From Octopus vulgaris (lineage: Eukaryota): a DNA stretch of 64,000 nt. A program made the translations under genes and the position numbers. The stretch spans positions 13,454,001 through 13,518,000 of the forward strand of contig OX597814.1 in assembly GCA_951406725.2 (NCBI GenBank), given 5' to 3'. The first letter of the stretch is position 1. The number at the start of each line of letters is the position of its first letter. Shown here in pieces: positions 14,226 through 27,148 of this stretch. Below the pieces are notes generated by a model, which saw only the letters and a list, made by a program, of their open reading frames with translations, was not told the origin of the DNA and did no database searches.

Positions 14226-14965
14226 TAAGGTACACTAATCTTACACTGTGTATGTGTGTGTGTGTATGTATGTGCTTGTGTGTGTGTGCGCGGATGTGAG
14301 TGCAGTTTCTTACAGGTATTTGTAAACTGTCATTATCAAATGTAGAATATAATGCAAATTGCACTAAAAGTAAAGTAAATATACTTTTTAAATCCATGAA
14401 CTATTTTCTGCTTGCTTGATTTGTCGGTAGCAACATTTTCTTGCGTTAACAATATTAAAACTGTAGTTAAATTTATATTATAAAATCAGTTAGTTTTGAA
14501 GAGAAAATAATGAAATATTGCACATTTTCTTGTCATAGTATTTGCAGTCACATACATAAAATAGAAAGGTGATCAGTAATATTTTAAAGCAGGGTATAAT
14601 ACTATTCAAAATTTCTATGTTTAGGCAATTACGTTAGCATCTGTCAGTTATATTGAATATAGATCCGGTATTTAATAATGTAGTATTTACCCTGCTATTA
14701 GATACAGGTCCTCGTATCTGAAACGTAGGAGCAATAGATTCCTGTGTAAGTATTTGAAAAGAAAATTACAAAGCCCGAATTATAGTAGCAATAATTCTCC
14801 GACGTCTAAATATAAATTTACTAATCCGAGAGAAAGGTAATACTTACGAACGCACATAAACCATGTATATTCATTCCTGATTAAGAAAGTGGTTACATGT
14901 ATGTACATATGTATGAGTGCGTGTATATGTACATACACACATACATACATGCATACATACGTACA

Positions 14966-15049
<84 letters not shown>

Positions 15050-15842
15050 ATATTAATAATATCAAAATATTCAGAAATATTTGAAATTTCCATTACCAAT
15101 GGCCTAATTTCTATTACCTTAGGCTTCTGGTAATGGAAATCTCAAATATTTCTGATTACCCTTTGATATTATTAATTATTGATAAGTTTTCTTGATAATT
15201 TTCGAATCGAAAACCCGGCAATTTATTTACTGCCAACAGGGAGTTGCGTCTGTGCGGTAGATTTGAAAAATTAGAATGTATAAAGACGGGGAATATACTG
15301 GATCGCCTCGTGCATATATATTTAGTCTAAAGTGTACCTGCTGAAGAAGACTTCGCCTACCAAATTATTTTATTTGCTAAAAAAGTCTGTAAACATTGGT
15401 CCAGTAGTTAGATGGTAAATGTTTTTTTTATTTTTCATTCCCTTCGAAACTTTTTCCCTAATAGTGGTTTGGAATTTAACTTTCCTTTCTAGCGTGCAAG
15501 GAATACAATGATGCATACCTCTTATGTGTTTAATAATATTCGGTTAATTAGCTTATTGATGTCATTTGTTTCTCTTTTTTGTCTTGGTGCGAAGATCGCA
15601 TTGTTTTACATAATTTCATTCCCTCTGGAATAATACCAATGTTTTCTTCGAAACGTATGTTGGATGTATAAAGTTTTGAAGAACACCGGGTTTTAACTCC
15701 ATTTCCTTATATATCGGCCATGCAAAAACATTTGACTAAATTCTGGAATTTCTAACTTTACAAGTAGGCTGTAATATTAGCCTGGTAACTATTTACTTAT
15801 TTTTTCCGTGTTATGTGTACCTATTCAAAAAATACACATGCA

Positions 15843-15902
<60 letters not shown>

Positions 15903-16035
15903 TATATACTTACAAAATAAGGGCAAAAGAAAAATTCTAATGCCAAATATGCCGAAAAAAAGACAAAATAGTCAATAACCATTATAATTTATGCGTCTCG
16001 AAACAAACCGATAGAAATTTCTAAAAAATCCGTTA

Positions 16036-16095
16036 TTACCGTATTGGTCCCAATTTCGGGGTTAATTCATAAGAATTTCCCCTCTTCAGCGATAA
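16036..16095 (-). ncRNA. Type I hammerhead ribozyme motif (inverted copy)
   Basis: Reverse complement of 16657-16717. Confidence 0.75.
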
Positions 16096-16656
16096 ATACG
16101 TAAGACATAAATGAAATACTTACTCATACCCATGGAAAAAGCAAGCACTAAGTCGACCTAAGTACCCCAAATATATCCAAAAATCTTCAGCACATCTCGA
16201 GAAACGTCTGATTCGAACTAGAAACTTTCACAGAGTGAGAGAATCCGGAAGTGAACACTATTAAATTTACAACTAATGAAAGGATAACATTTTTTTCGAA
16301 AACAAAATTTATCAATGGCCAGCATATAAAAAAATACCTTTAAAGGTTAAATTTATAAATAACTTACAAAATAAGAACAAAAGAAAAATTCTAATGCCAA
16401 ATATGCCGAAAAAAAGACAAAATGGTCAATAACCGTTATAATCTATGCGTCTCGAAACAAACCGATAGAAATTTCTAAAAGTGCTCACTTCCGAATTCTC
16501 TCACTCTGTGAAAGTTTCTAGTTCGAATCACACGTGACTCGAGATGTGCCGAAGATTTTCTATTTTGGATATTTTTGGTGTACTTAGGTCTGCGCGGGAC
16601 TTAGGGCTTGCTTTCTCCATGGGTATGAGTAAGTATTTCATTTATGTCTTACATAT

Positions 16657-16717
16657 TTATCGCTGAAGAGGGGAAAATTCTTATGAATTAACCCCGAAAT
16701 TGGGACCAATACGGTAA
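16657..16717 (+). ncRNA. Type I hammerhead ribozyme motif
   Basis: UUAUCG-CUGAAGA-GGGG(aaAAUUC uuau GAAUUaa)CCCC-GAAA-UUGggacCAA-UA-CGGUAA. All three stems pair; the cleavage triplet is AUA. Confidence 0.78.
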
Positions 16718-16941
16718 TAACGGATTTTTTAGAAATTTCTATCGGTTTGCTTCGAGACGCATAAATAATAATGGTTATTGACAATTTTGTCTTTTTTTTC
16801 GGCATATTTGGCATTAGAATTTTTCTTTTGCCATTAATTTGTAAGTTATTTATAAATTTAACCTTTAAAGGTATTTTTTGATATGCTGGCCATTGATAAC
16901 ATTTTTTTTAGAAAAAAGTTTTTTCTTACATTAGTTGCATG

Positions 16942-16989
<48 letters not shown>

Positions 16990-17004
16990 GTGTATATATA
17001 TATA

Positions 17005-17925
17005 TATTAAGGAATACAAAAAATGGGACAAAAACGCAAAACATGCAAACACATAGGTGATAAAATAAAGGGACAAGAAAGAACACGGACAGGTCAATCA
17101 AAGTTGTCTTTCCTCAGTTAGGTTCCAGATTATCTTTGAAATTCCGGCTGGTTATACTCGAATTTTTTTCAATCTGGCCAGCCCCAAGGAAAAACTAAGC
17201 TAAGAGCAGCACTATATTCTTTGGAAGAAAGCAGCGAATGGAAATAAAACGGAGAAATGGTACACAAATGCAAATGCAAATAGCAGGACATAACAACATA
17301 TGTCTTTCAACTAAGGACGAATTAAATTAAGGTGCTATGTGTAGAAGTGAAGCCTCACGGCCGGGACATAAAAGGCGATAGGCATGGTGAGGAATATAGA
17401 TGTTGCACGCATGGTAGTCGAACCCAAAAAAAGGTCAGGATTGGTCAAACACCGGAGAGAGAGGAGAGAGGTAGAGGCAGAGGGACTACCATCCATGCAG
17501 CATTTATATTCCTCACCATACCTATCATCTCTTATATCCCGGCTGTAAGGCTTCACTTCCACACACGCCAGCTTAATTTAATTCGTCTTTAGTCGATAGA
17601 CACCTGTTGTTACATCCTCCTATTTGCATTTGTATTTTTGTACCAATTCTCCGTTTTTTACCGTCCTTGTTTTTGTAAACATTTGCTGCTTTCTTCCAGG
17701 GCCTCTAGTCCTCTTAACTTAGCATTCACTTAGAGATGGTCAGACTGGAACAATCACAAGTATACCCAGCCGAAATGGCAAAGCTCATCTGGAACTTAAC
17801 TGAGGAAAGAAAGCTTCGAATGACCGTCCGTGTTTTTTCTTGTCCCTCTTTTGTATCATCTATTTGTCAGGATGTTTTGCGTGCTTGTCCCATTTCTTAT
17901 ATTCCTTTTGATATTGCATATTGCG
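17005..17925. repeat. About 920 bp imperfect palindrome (arms about 420 bp, spacer about 65 bp)
   Basis: 17005-17419 is the reverse complement of about 17483-17925. Flanked by (TA)n and (CA)n. Confidence 0.85.
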
Positions 17926-17975
17926 GCGTACGTACATTTTGGTCTCTTATATGTAAGTACACACACACACATACG

Positions 17976-18043
<68 letters not shown>

Positions 18044-19046
18044 TATATATAAATTTTCTGTGACTCTCTTATTCTTTCCTTGTTTCTTTCTATCTATCAG
18101 CCACTTCACACGTACTTTGTTTTTCCACTCTTCTGGCTTTCGTTCCCCCACCGCCTCTCACATTTCCTGGCTTTCTCTTCCTTCTCACTTTCCCTCCTTT
18201 TTCATTTCACTGTGTCCTTTATCTTTTCTTTCGTCCCTTCCTAATTATTCTGTCTCTCTCCCACTACCGCTCTCCTCTTCCTCCACCTGACCGGTGTTCG
18301 GCTCCGCAAAGCAAATTTTAAAAAACAATTGGGTTTTGCGGAGGGTCAAAGTGGTAGCAAAAACTGAACAGTAAGAAAAAACCCCAGTAAAAACGAAAGG
18401 TATATACATACATACATACATACATACACACACAGACGCAGACAAGCCCTCCACCCACACACAAACACACAAATTCACACACACACACACGCACACATAA
18501 GTTCATAGATATATAAAATAATAATAGTATTGAAAAGTTCACCTATGAATTTATCAGGTTATTTATTTGAAAATGCTGTAGCTATTCACTTTGAAATCAA
18601 GCAATGACCGGTCATGCATTGTCAGATAGAAATTGTATAACTGATTGTATAAGTGTAACTTCATTTTGTTCAGCTTGTCTATGTATGCATCTGTCTATAC
18701 ACATAATTATCTTCTTATTCATCTATCCCTCAACCCATGTATACATTTCTCTCACTCTCTCGCTCTCTAAATATATATGCATGTGTGTGTGTGCGCGCGT
18801 CAGTGTATGTTCGTACATATGCGTGTTTGTGTCTGTAGTTTACTGAACAAACAATTAAATATGAATCGATGAATAGATGTTGAGTGTTACTAGTTAATCC
18901 ACAACTCCTACAGTATCCAAAAGTATTCAACATTATTACAATCGTTTGCTTAATTCTCTTCATTGTGACGTAATCTTAATACAGGTAGATATGCATTATG
19001 TTACGCAACTGTCAAATCATCGGTTTAACCAACTCTCTTTTACTAT

Positions 19047-19368
19047 CTTTTATCCGTTTCAGTTATTTGAAACGAACAAATCGACCCCAGGACTTATTGT
19101 TTGTAAGCCTAGTACTTATTCTATCGGTCTCTTTCGCCGAACCGCTAGGTTATGGGTACGCAAACACACCACCATCTGTTGTCAAGCGATGTTGGAGGAC
19201 AAACACAGACACACAAACATATACACAAACATACATATGTATTTACATGCACATATATACGACAGGCTTCTTTCAGTTTCTGTCTACAATCCACTCACAA
19301 GATTTTGGTCGGCCCGAAGCTATAGTAGAAGACATGTAGTTGGTAAGCAAGCGACTTACCACTTAGCC
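19047..19368 (-). mobile_element. SINE family B (internally deleted)
   Basis: Homologous to 43610-44019. Confidence 0.75.
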
Positions 19369-19451
19369 GTAAACGAACGAGTAGCGATAGATTCGATTAA
19401 TCAACAGATTAACCGCAATAAAATTTCTAATCAAACTCACCAGTATTCTTC

Positions 19452-19662
19452 TCTACTCTGGGCACAAGGCCCGAAACTTTGGGGAAAGGAGGCCTATGGA
19501 TTAGATTGACACCAGTATGCAACTGGTACTTTAGTTATTGAACCCGAAAGGATGAAAGGCAAAGTTGACCTCGGCAGAATTTGAAGTCAGAACGTAAAAA
19601 CAGACGAAATTTTGCTAAGCATTTCACCCGGTTTGCTAACGTTTCTGTTAGCTCACCGCCTT
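19452..19662 (-). mobile_element. SINE family C (MetaSINE-like)
   Basis: Minus strand GGCGGTGAGCTAACAGAAACGTTAGC...GCCTTTCATCCTTTCGGGTTCAATAAC...GTACCAG. Confidence 0.75.
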
Positions 19663-20857
19663 CAGATACAACAATATTAGAAAATATAAAGTGGGTTGGA
19701 ATAGTCTGTCAAACATCATAGAATGGTTATTCCAAATATGTCATTACACTTAGCAACCATGTTCATAATGTTTCGTAGTTGACAGAACGTAATTGTATAT
19801 CGGAAGATAGCAGGCCCCAAGTTGATCTGCCACTATGAAACTATGTTTAAAGTTGCGGCGGTGCCGACGCTGCTTAACAAAACGCAACTACGGTATCATA
19901 ATGTTTTAAAGATAATTACATTAAGGAAAGGAATGATTAGTAAATTCCAGTGATCGTTATTCGTTCATTTAAATAGACTTCATAAAACCGTTCTGAAAAG
20001 TAATTAGTAGAAAACATAGAATATTTGATTTAGTTAATGGAGATTCAGCTAATTATAATTCAGGGAGAATAACTTAAATAAAACCGCAGATTAAGGAATT
20101 TCCACGTGAAAATTCAATTCATCAATTCATATCTCGACACCCAATACCTATTTCACTTCCATTAATCTTAGGCACACACGTCTTTGTTTATAGAAATAGC
20201 GTCTTTATGAGAATGTGTTGAAAGCAGAATTAGCAATAATAAGTTAATATATACATTCATATATTTACAAATTTATAAATATCAGCTATTTGGCTCAAAA
20301 GAAGTTACGAGTTGAGCGGACAAAAATAATAGAAATGGGAAAACAACCTCTTATAATTCTGATGGAAACAGGACTACTATAAATCTAACGCTTCAACTAA
20401 CCGATATCATTATATCATACAGGTTCGGTTGCAGCAAAAATTATATTATGACAGTTAAAAATTACTGTGAGTGTGAAGAAAGGGATAAAAAGAGTCTATA
20501 AAATGATAGAGACGTTTTAATGTCCGTAACAAGGGAGGACGACCACATAATATGCAGATATCAGTAAAAGCTACAAGCAAGTTAAAGCAACATTATCAAA
20601 AGATTGAAAGTATAGATAGCAGGCATTGAAATCATCAGTATTTGTAGTTAGTACTAATGACATGCGGCAGTAGATTGAATATGAACGGCTGTATGCATAT
20701 CAGTTCTATATTTTAAGAGGGCCTAAGCTGCATAAATGTTTTCCATGAATCATGCTACTTACAATGTCCACTATCCGTCATTTAAGTGTACACCAGACAC
20801 ATGTATCAGAACCATATATTCGTGACGTTGTGATCTCATATAGAGATAAACAGCGGA

Positions 20858-21172
20858 TGGCCTTATCCTTATCATAGCCTAGTGGTTGGGATGCTGTATT
20901 TACGAACGCAATATCGTAGTTTACATTCGTAGTTTACATTCGTAGTCCGGGTTCAGGCCAGACATAGGATCTTTAAGAGGGACAAAAATCTTGCACGGGA
21001 TTTCCAGTTGCTTTAAGAAGTCTTGAAATTTCAATGGGTTTGAACCCAAAGCCCCGATAACCACTGGTATCACTATTACATTTGAAGGCTAAAACAATGC
21101 GAAGCGCATTGTAACCAGCGATGTATAACAGCATCTGATGATAGCCTGGTCGGTCACGGTGATCATGGTGAT
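20858..21172 (+). mobile_element. Degenerate SINE family A copy
   Basis: Head-like TAGCCTAGTGGTTGGG and family-A tail CATTTGAAGGCTAAAACAATGCGAAGCG...GGTCACGGTGATC. Confidence 0.55.
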
Positions 21173-21440
21173 CAGATGTTGCTACACATCGCTTCGCATT
21201 GTTTTAGCCTTCAAATGACGCCACCTCGCTGGCTAAGCGAGCAGGTCAACAGAGGAAACAGTGAGAGAAAGTTGTGGCGAAAAGGTACGGCAGGGATCTC
21301 CACCCCACCTCTGCCGAAGCTTCGTGGAGCTTTAGGTGTTTTCGCTCAATAAACACTCACAATGCCCAGTCTGGGAATCGAAACCGCGATTTTACAACCG
21401 CGAGTCTGCTGCCCTAACCACTGGGCCATTGCGCCTCCAC
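21160..21440 (-). mobile_element. tRNA-derived SINE family A
   Basis: Minus strand GTGGAGGCGCAATGGCCCAGTGGTTAGGGCAGCAGACTCGCGG...GGTTTCGATTCCC. Confidence 0.85.
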
Positions 21441-21777
21441 ACAGACACACACACACACACACACATACACACACACACCTATATATATTTACACATATGC
21501 ATATAGGCGTCTTTTTTCGTGTGTGTGTGTGCCTGTAGTTAATTTAATATAACAACACTGGCAATTGAAACTATTGGGAACACATTTCTCGGCCCAAAAT
21601 TAATAGATATAAAAAAGCAAGAATATTTTGAAATTCCTTGTCTTTTTTTCCTTCTTTCTAGAGTGCTTTCTCTCCTTCTTCACTTGTCTTTCGGATCAAT
21701 TCGACACTTTTGCCCAATACGTTTGCGTATGTATACGTGCACGTAGGAATATGTTAGTATATTATATGACTGCTTTG

Positions 21778-21825
<48 letters not shown>

Positions 21826-22055
21826 GTGTATATATAATAGATATATAGCTGCATGTGTTTGTGTATGTGTGTAGGTATATATATATGTATATATGTGAAT
21901 ATATATATATATATATGTGTGGGTTACAAAAATTGTTTTCTGTGGAGACTTATTTTTGTAGTAAAAGGAAATAGATTTTTTGACTGCTATTTCTAATATT
22001 TTCGGTATGTGGTTTAAGCAACTTGTTGCAAAAACCCCTTATTATTATAAATGTG

Positions 22056-22146
<91 letters not shown>

Positions 22147-22634
22147 GTGTGTGTGTGTATATATATATATATGTATACAAATGTATATGCATACATATAT
22201 GTATGTATGTATGTATGTGTGTGCGAAGGCATGTGCATTGGGAATATAACTCCTTCTCTATAGATAACCCTTTCTTTTCTTGTATGATAAGCTTGAATTG
22301 TCTTTTCAATTTTCCGTGATCTATATATGCATTCTAGAGGCGTATGAACAAAATCTTTTATTCATCTCGCGACAAATTCCATTATGCGTGTCCAATAACA
22401 ATAGATATGCATTGCACATTTTCTACGAAGCATATAGCTTCCGGGAAAATGGCTTTTACTAAGTGGGGAATGCAATGGTGAATTACTTTTATAACATAGA
22501 TATTTTGATAATCATCTCCTGTAATCTATTGTGAAAAGTTCTAAAGATATACGTGGGAGTATGTGTGTGCGTGTAAGTGTGAGAGTAAAATATAGCACGA
22601 AGTGGCAAGGACACAGACACATATCTCGACCACG

Positions 22635-22685
<51 letters not shown>

Positions 22686-22688
<3 letters not shown>

Positions 22689-22930
22689 TTACTTGTTTCA
22701 GTCATTTGACTGTGGCCATGCAGGGGCACCGCTTTTATTCGTGCAATTTTACCGCATGACATATGATTTGTAAGCCTAGTACTTATTATATCGGTCTCTT
22801 TTGTCGAACCACTAGGTTACGGGGACGTAAGCACAACAACATCGGTCGTCAGGCAATGATGGGAGGAGAAACAAACGCAAACAAACATACACATACACAC
22901 AAATACACACACACACATACACAAACACAT
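22686..22930 (-). mobile_element. SINE family B 3-prime part
   Basis: TTTTACTTGTTTCAGTCATTTGACTGTGGCCATGC matches the reverse complement of the 43610-44019 tail. Confidence 0.7.
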
Positions 22931-22931
22931 G

Positions 22932-22987
<56 letters not shown>

Positions 22988-23079
22988 TATATGTAGAAGG
23001 ATGAAAAGAAACACACGAGTTGATATATGAAAAAAAAGTCAATATAGAAAATGCTAAAATAATTTTATAAAGAACATTT

Positions 23080-23117
23080 CAGTACCGGTTTCAGTCATTT
23101 TGAGACCTTTTCAACTG
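23080..23117 (-). ncRNA. Minimal variant hammerhead motif in the Penelope pLTR
   Basis: CAG-UUGAAAA-GGUC ucaaaau GACU-GAAA-CCGG-UA-CUG, with palindromic stem III ACCGGU. The core deviates from CUGANGA. Confidence 0.55.
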
Positions 23118-23727
23118 TAAGTAATTAAATTTAGAAAAATTTAAAGAAATGTTTTTTTAAAGGAATATTTGTATAGTGTTCAAATATAAGTAGCATTTTC
23201 CTTGTTTGTGGCTTGCTCTGTCTCTCTTGTTCACACTTGTGGGTTCGAGGTCGAAGGATGATGAGGAGAAGGGGGTGGGGTGGGGTTGGGAGTGCCTTGA
23301 TTGTTGTATTTCGAATGGTCAGTGGCCGCTAGCAGTTCATGAGAATATTTCTATTGAAAGGTTTGTTTATAGAATTTGCGTAGGTGTTATGCTAAAAAGC
23401 ATTAGTGATAAAGTTAGGAAGTAGAAGGGGGAGCAGAAGAAGAGGAAGAAGAAGAAGGTGAAGAAGATGAAGAAGAAGAAAAAGAAGAAGAAGGAGAAGA
23501 AGGAGAAGAAGAAGAAGTAGAGGAAGTAGATGATGATGATGATGATGATGATGAAGAGGAGGAAGAAGAAGAAGAGGAAGAAGAAAGAGGAGGGAGAATA
23601 TGAATGAGTGGATGTAGTGAGGTGTTGTATGACTTAAAGTTGGCACGTTATGGGTTATAGCTGTGATTGGGGCTGATTTGTAATGGATTCTTAGGAATGT
23701 AATATTTGCATGTGGGTTTGTGTTAAT

Positions 23728-25996
23728 CTAAAGCCGAGGTGTATATTTCGTTTTCGTAGACCCGTTCAGAAGGGGCTTATATTTTGTAATAAAGAGAGTT
23801 TCTTTACTTATTCGTTGGTTCGAGGTTGTATCGTCCTTGAATTGGTAGAGGGGGAAAATCCTGAAGTTTGGTGTTTTGTTGTTGGCGCAAGTATCTATGT
23901 GTTGGTTGAATGTTATTTTTCTCTTCTGGGGAATTTTTATCTGGGATCTGTGCAGGGCCATTCTTTTACGCAAACTATTTTGTGTTTGGCCTATGTACTG
24001 CTCTTGACATCCAGAGCAGGTTAGTGTGTATATTAGGTTCTCCGAAGCATATGTGATGTTGCTTTTCACTGTAAACCGTTGTCCCTGTTTGAAGGAGAAC
24101 ACTGATCCCTCAATTAGATAATCGCATATCCCACAATTGGGTCTTCCACATTTTTTTACTGTCGGCTTCTGTGTTGAAGAGTGTATTCGGGCTTGTGTTA
24201 GGAGACTTTTCATAGATTTAGGCTGTCTTTTGCTTTTCATGATCGTGTGTGTTTGGAGGATTGTGTTCATTCTGTGGTCATTTTTTAGCAGGCGTATGTT
24301 TTGGAGGATGGTGTCGAAGTCTTCATTGTTTAGAGGGTTGTGTGTGGAGATGTATGGTAAGGGTTTTGGTCGTAAATTTTTCTTTGATTTGGGATGTCTG
24401 AGTTCATGGATGTTTAGTTGGAGGGCACGTTGAATGCATATGTCAATAAGTGAAGGTGGGTAGTTCCTGGTAATGAGGGTATCCTTTAGTTCTTGTAGTC
24501 GTGTGTCTCTGGTGTTTGCATTGGAGACTATAGTACATATCCTTTTTGCTAGATTGAAGGGGATATTCATTCTGGTGTGTCTGGGGTGGCATGAATTGAA
24601 TGGAAGATATTGCTTAGAATCTCTAGGCTTATAGTATATATCTGTTTCTATTACATTATTAGATTTCTTAATAAGGATATCGAGGAAGGGGAGTTGTTGC
24701 TAGCTATACTCCATCGTGAATTGGATGTTTACGTCCAGTCCATTTAAAATTGCTTGGAATTCTTTGCGTTTCTCTATATTTTCATGCCAAAGAATGAAAC
24801 AGTCATCTAGGTATCTCTTCCAGTTGTTTTCTATGTAGAGGGAGAAAGGGCTGCCATATCTTTCTAGAACCTTACGATACAGACTGATTTCTAGATATCC
24901 CATGACTAGGTTGGCTAAGGAGGGGGCCATTCGCGTACCCATCGCAGTCCCCAATTTTTGTTGGTAGAAGTTGTCTTTGAAGGCGAAGAAGTTATTTTCC
25001 GGGATGAATTTAACCCCTTCTATCACGAATTCTTTTTTGATGCGATGTGGGAGTTCGTTGGCGTGATTCTCTAGCCAGAATTGAATTGCCTCTATTCCTA
25101 GGTTGTGGGGGATATTGGAGTAGAGGTTGACTACATCGAAGGATACTAGTAGGGTGTTTTTGTTTATAGTATTAGGAAGGTGATTGAGCATATCCAAGTC
25201 GTCCCTTATATAGCTTTTGGCATGTTTGAGGAGTGGTTTTAACAGGGTGTCTAAGAAGTTACTGAGGCGGTGGGTTTCGCATGCGGGACCTGCTATTATG
25301 GGTCTCAATTTGAGGTCATTAGGATTAGGGACTTTAATTATTTTGTCTGTGGCTATCTTGCATGCGTTACTTATTTTCTCACTTTTGTGTATCTTAAGAA
25401 TACCGTAGAATTGTCTGGTTTTACTTGTGAAATTGGTCATATAGTCATATTCTTTCTCGGTGAGCCCTTCTTTGTAGGGGTTTAACATGGATTTTAGTTC
25501 CCTCATTATTTTTTGTTGACTGTAGTTTTGTACCTTTTCACAGTATGTTGTGTCTTCCAACATAGATAGTATAAAAGTTATGTAAAATGTCATGTCCACT
25601 AAGACAACTGCACTGCCTTTATCGGCCTCTTTGATTGTTATTGTTTTGTCTTGTTTTAATTTGTTCAACTCAGCCCATTCTTTTTTGCTGAAGTTTGGTC
25701 TGTGTTTATGTTTGCGCATATGTGGTCGATATGTGGTCACAGAAATGATCGAGTGTTTTGTTCTTACCTTTTGAGGGGTTGTAGTTACTCCTATTTCTAA
25801 CCAACGATTCATCCTCGTTGTATTTGTCGTATAGCTCCTCAGTAAGTCGTAATTCTCTACAGAATTCTGCGATGTCTTCTTTCATTTCATTGTAGTTGGG
25901 GTGTTGTGGGGTGGGTGTAAACTTGAGTCCTTTGGAAAGTATATTTATTTGATTTGCTGTTAGTTCATTAAGAGTTAGATTGATAATTTTTATCAC
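23728..25996 (-). pseudogene. Penelope RT + Cys linker + GIY-YIG endonuclease ORF (one frameshift near 25750-25810, one stop at 24700-24702)
   Basis: LSKGLKFTPTP; KEADKGSAVV; LRPII; LVSFDVVNLYSNIP; GTAMGTRMAPSLANLVMG; RYLDDCF; CGRPNCGIC; NLIYTLTCSGCQEQYIGQT...RMALH...E..FI...P.LN. Confidence 0.92.
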
Positions 25997-26791
25997 TTTT
26001 GGTTCCTCCTGCCTGTTTGGTGCTATCTTGTGTCTCTGTGTTTGCGTAATGGGTCTAAAAAAGGAATGCGGTGCTTGGGACGGTAGCTATTATATAGTTG
26101 TTCCTTGTTGATGTGGGTGTCCTTTTGTGATTTATGGTGTGTGTTCTTGGAACAGTATTGAGAAGTGCGTCCCGATATCCCATATTCGGGTGTGGTGTTT
26201 TAGGATGCCTTCGTTGGTAATCATTGCGAGTGGTGCGGGTTTGTTGTGCATGGTGGTTGGAACGAAAATTTCGTTGGTAACTCTTTTGAGTGGGGAGGAG
26301 GTTGCAGCGTCTATCCTGTGGGTATTGATCATCATCTTCTTCTTCACTTCTTCTTCTTCTTCTTCTTCAATTCTTCTTCTTCTTCTTCTTCTTCTTCTTC
26401 TTCTTCTTCTTCTTCTTCTTCTTCTTCTTCTTCTTCTTCTTCCTCTCCCCCTTCTACTTCCTAACTTTATCACTAATGCTTTTTAGTATAACACCTACGC
26501 AAATTCTATAAACAAACCTTTCGATAGAAATATTCTCATGAACTGCTAGCCGCCAATGACCATTCAAAACACAACAATCAAGGCACTCCCAAATTCCCTC
26601 CCCTTCTCCTCATCATCCTTCTTCTTCTTCCCTACCAAGAATTCACAACGGCCTCGAACCCACAAGTGTGAACAAGAGAGACAGAGCAAAGCACAAACAA
26701 GGAAAATGCTACTTATATTTGAACACTATACAAATATTCCTTTAAAAAAATATTTCTTTTAATTTTTCTAAATTTAATTATTTAATCGTTA

Positions 26792-26829
26792 CAGTTGAAA
26801 ATGTCTCAAAATGACTGAAACCGGTACTG
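26792..26829 (+). ncRNA. Minimal variant hammerhead motif in the inverted pLTR
   Basis: CAG-UUGAAAA-UGUC ucaaaau GACU-GAAA-CCGG-UA-CUG. Confidence 0.5.
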
Positions 26830-27148
26830 AAATGTTCTTTATAAAATTATTTTAGCATTTTCTATTTTGACTTATTTTTTCATATATATATGTTTCCGTC
26901 TATCAAATCCACTCACAAGGCTATGGTTGGCCCGAGGCTAGAATAGAAGATTGAGCGCTAGCTACTAAATCCTTCTTTTTTATGCTCTCTTTTTTTATTC
27001 TCTCTCTATTTATTTTCTCGTGTTCTTTTCTGCTGAAAATTGTAGGCTCGAAATATAAAACACTTTCTCACCCTCCCGAGCGTTAAACTAATACACCTGT
27101 TTGTTGTTTGCTCACATGTCTTCGTCTTTTGGATTTTGTAAATTCCAG

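Larger units (their letters stand above)
15908..16920. mobile_element. Short non-coding direct/inverted repeat module with two hammerhead copies, bounded by (TA)n
   Basis: 15908-16255 is the reverse complement of about 16485-16846. 15908-16028 is repeated directly at 16362-16480. 16287-16370 is inverted at 16838-16910. Confidence 0.8.
22991..26886 (-). mobile_element. Penelope-like retroelement (probably Neptune-type) with inverted pseudo-LTRs
   Basis: Contains an RT plus GIY-YIG ORF. 23024 to about 23540 is the reverse complement of about 26328-26886. (TA)n lies at both outer ends. Confidence 0.92.

Noticed and set aside
15908-16920. Repeats considered as a CRISPR-like array
   Set aside because: There is no regular repeat-spacer periodicity and no cas genes, and the context is eukaryotic.
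21370-21440. tRNA gene
   Set aside because: It is a tRNA-like head continuous with a multi-copy SINE body, with no terminator or proper acceptor stem.
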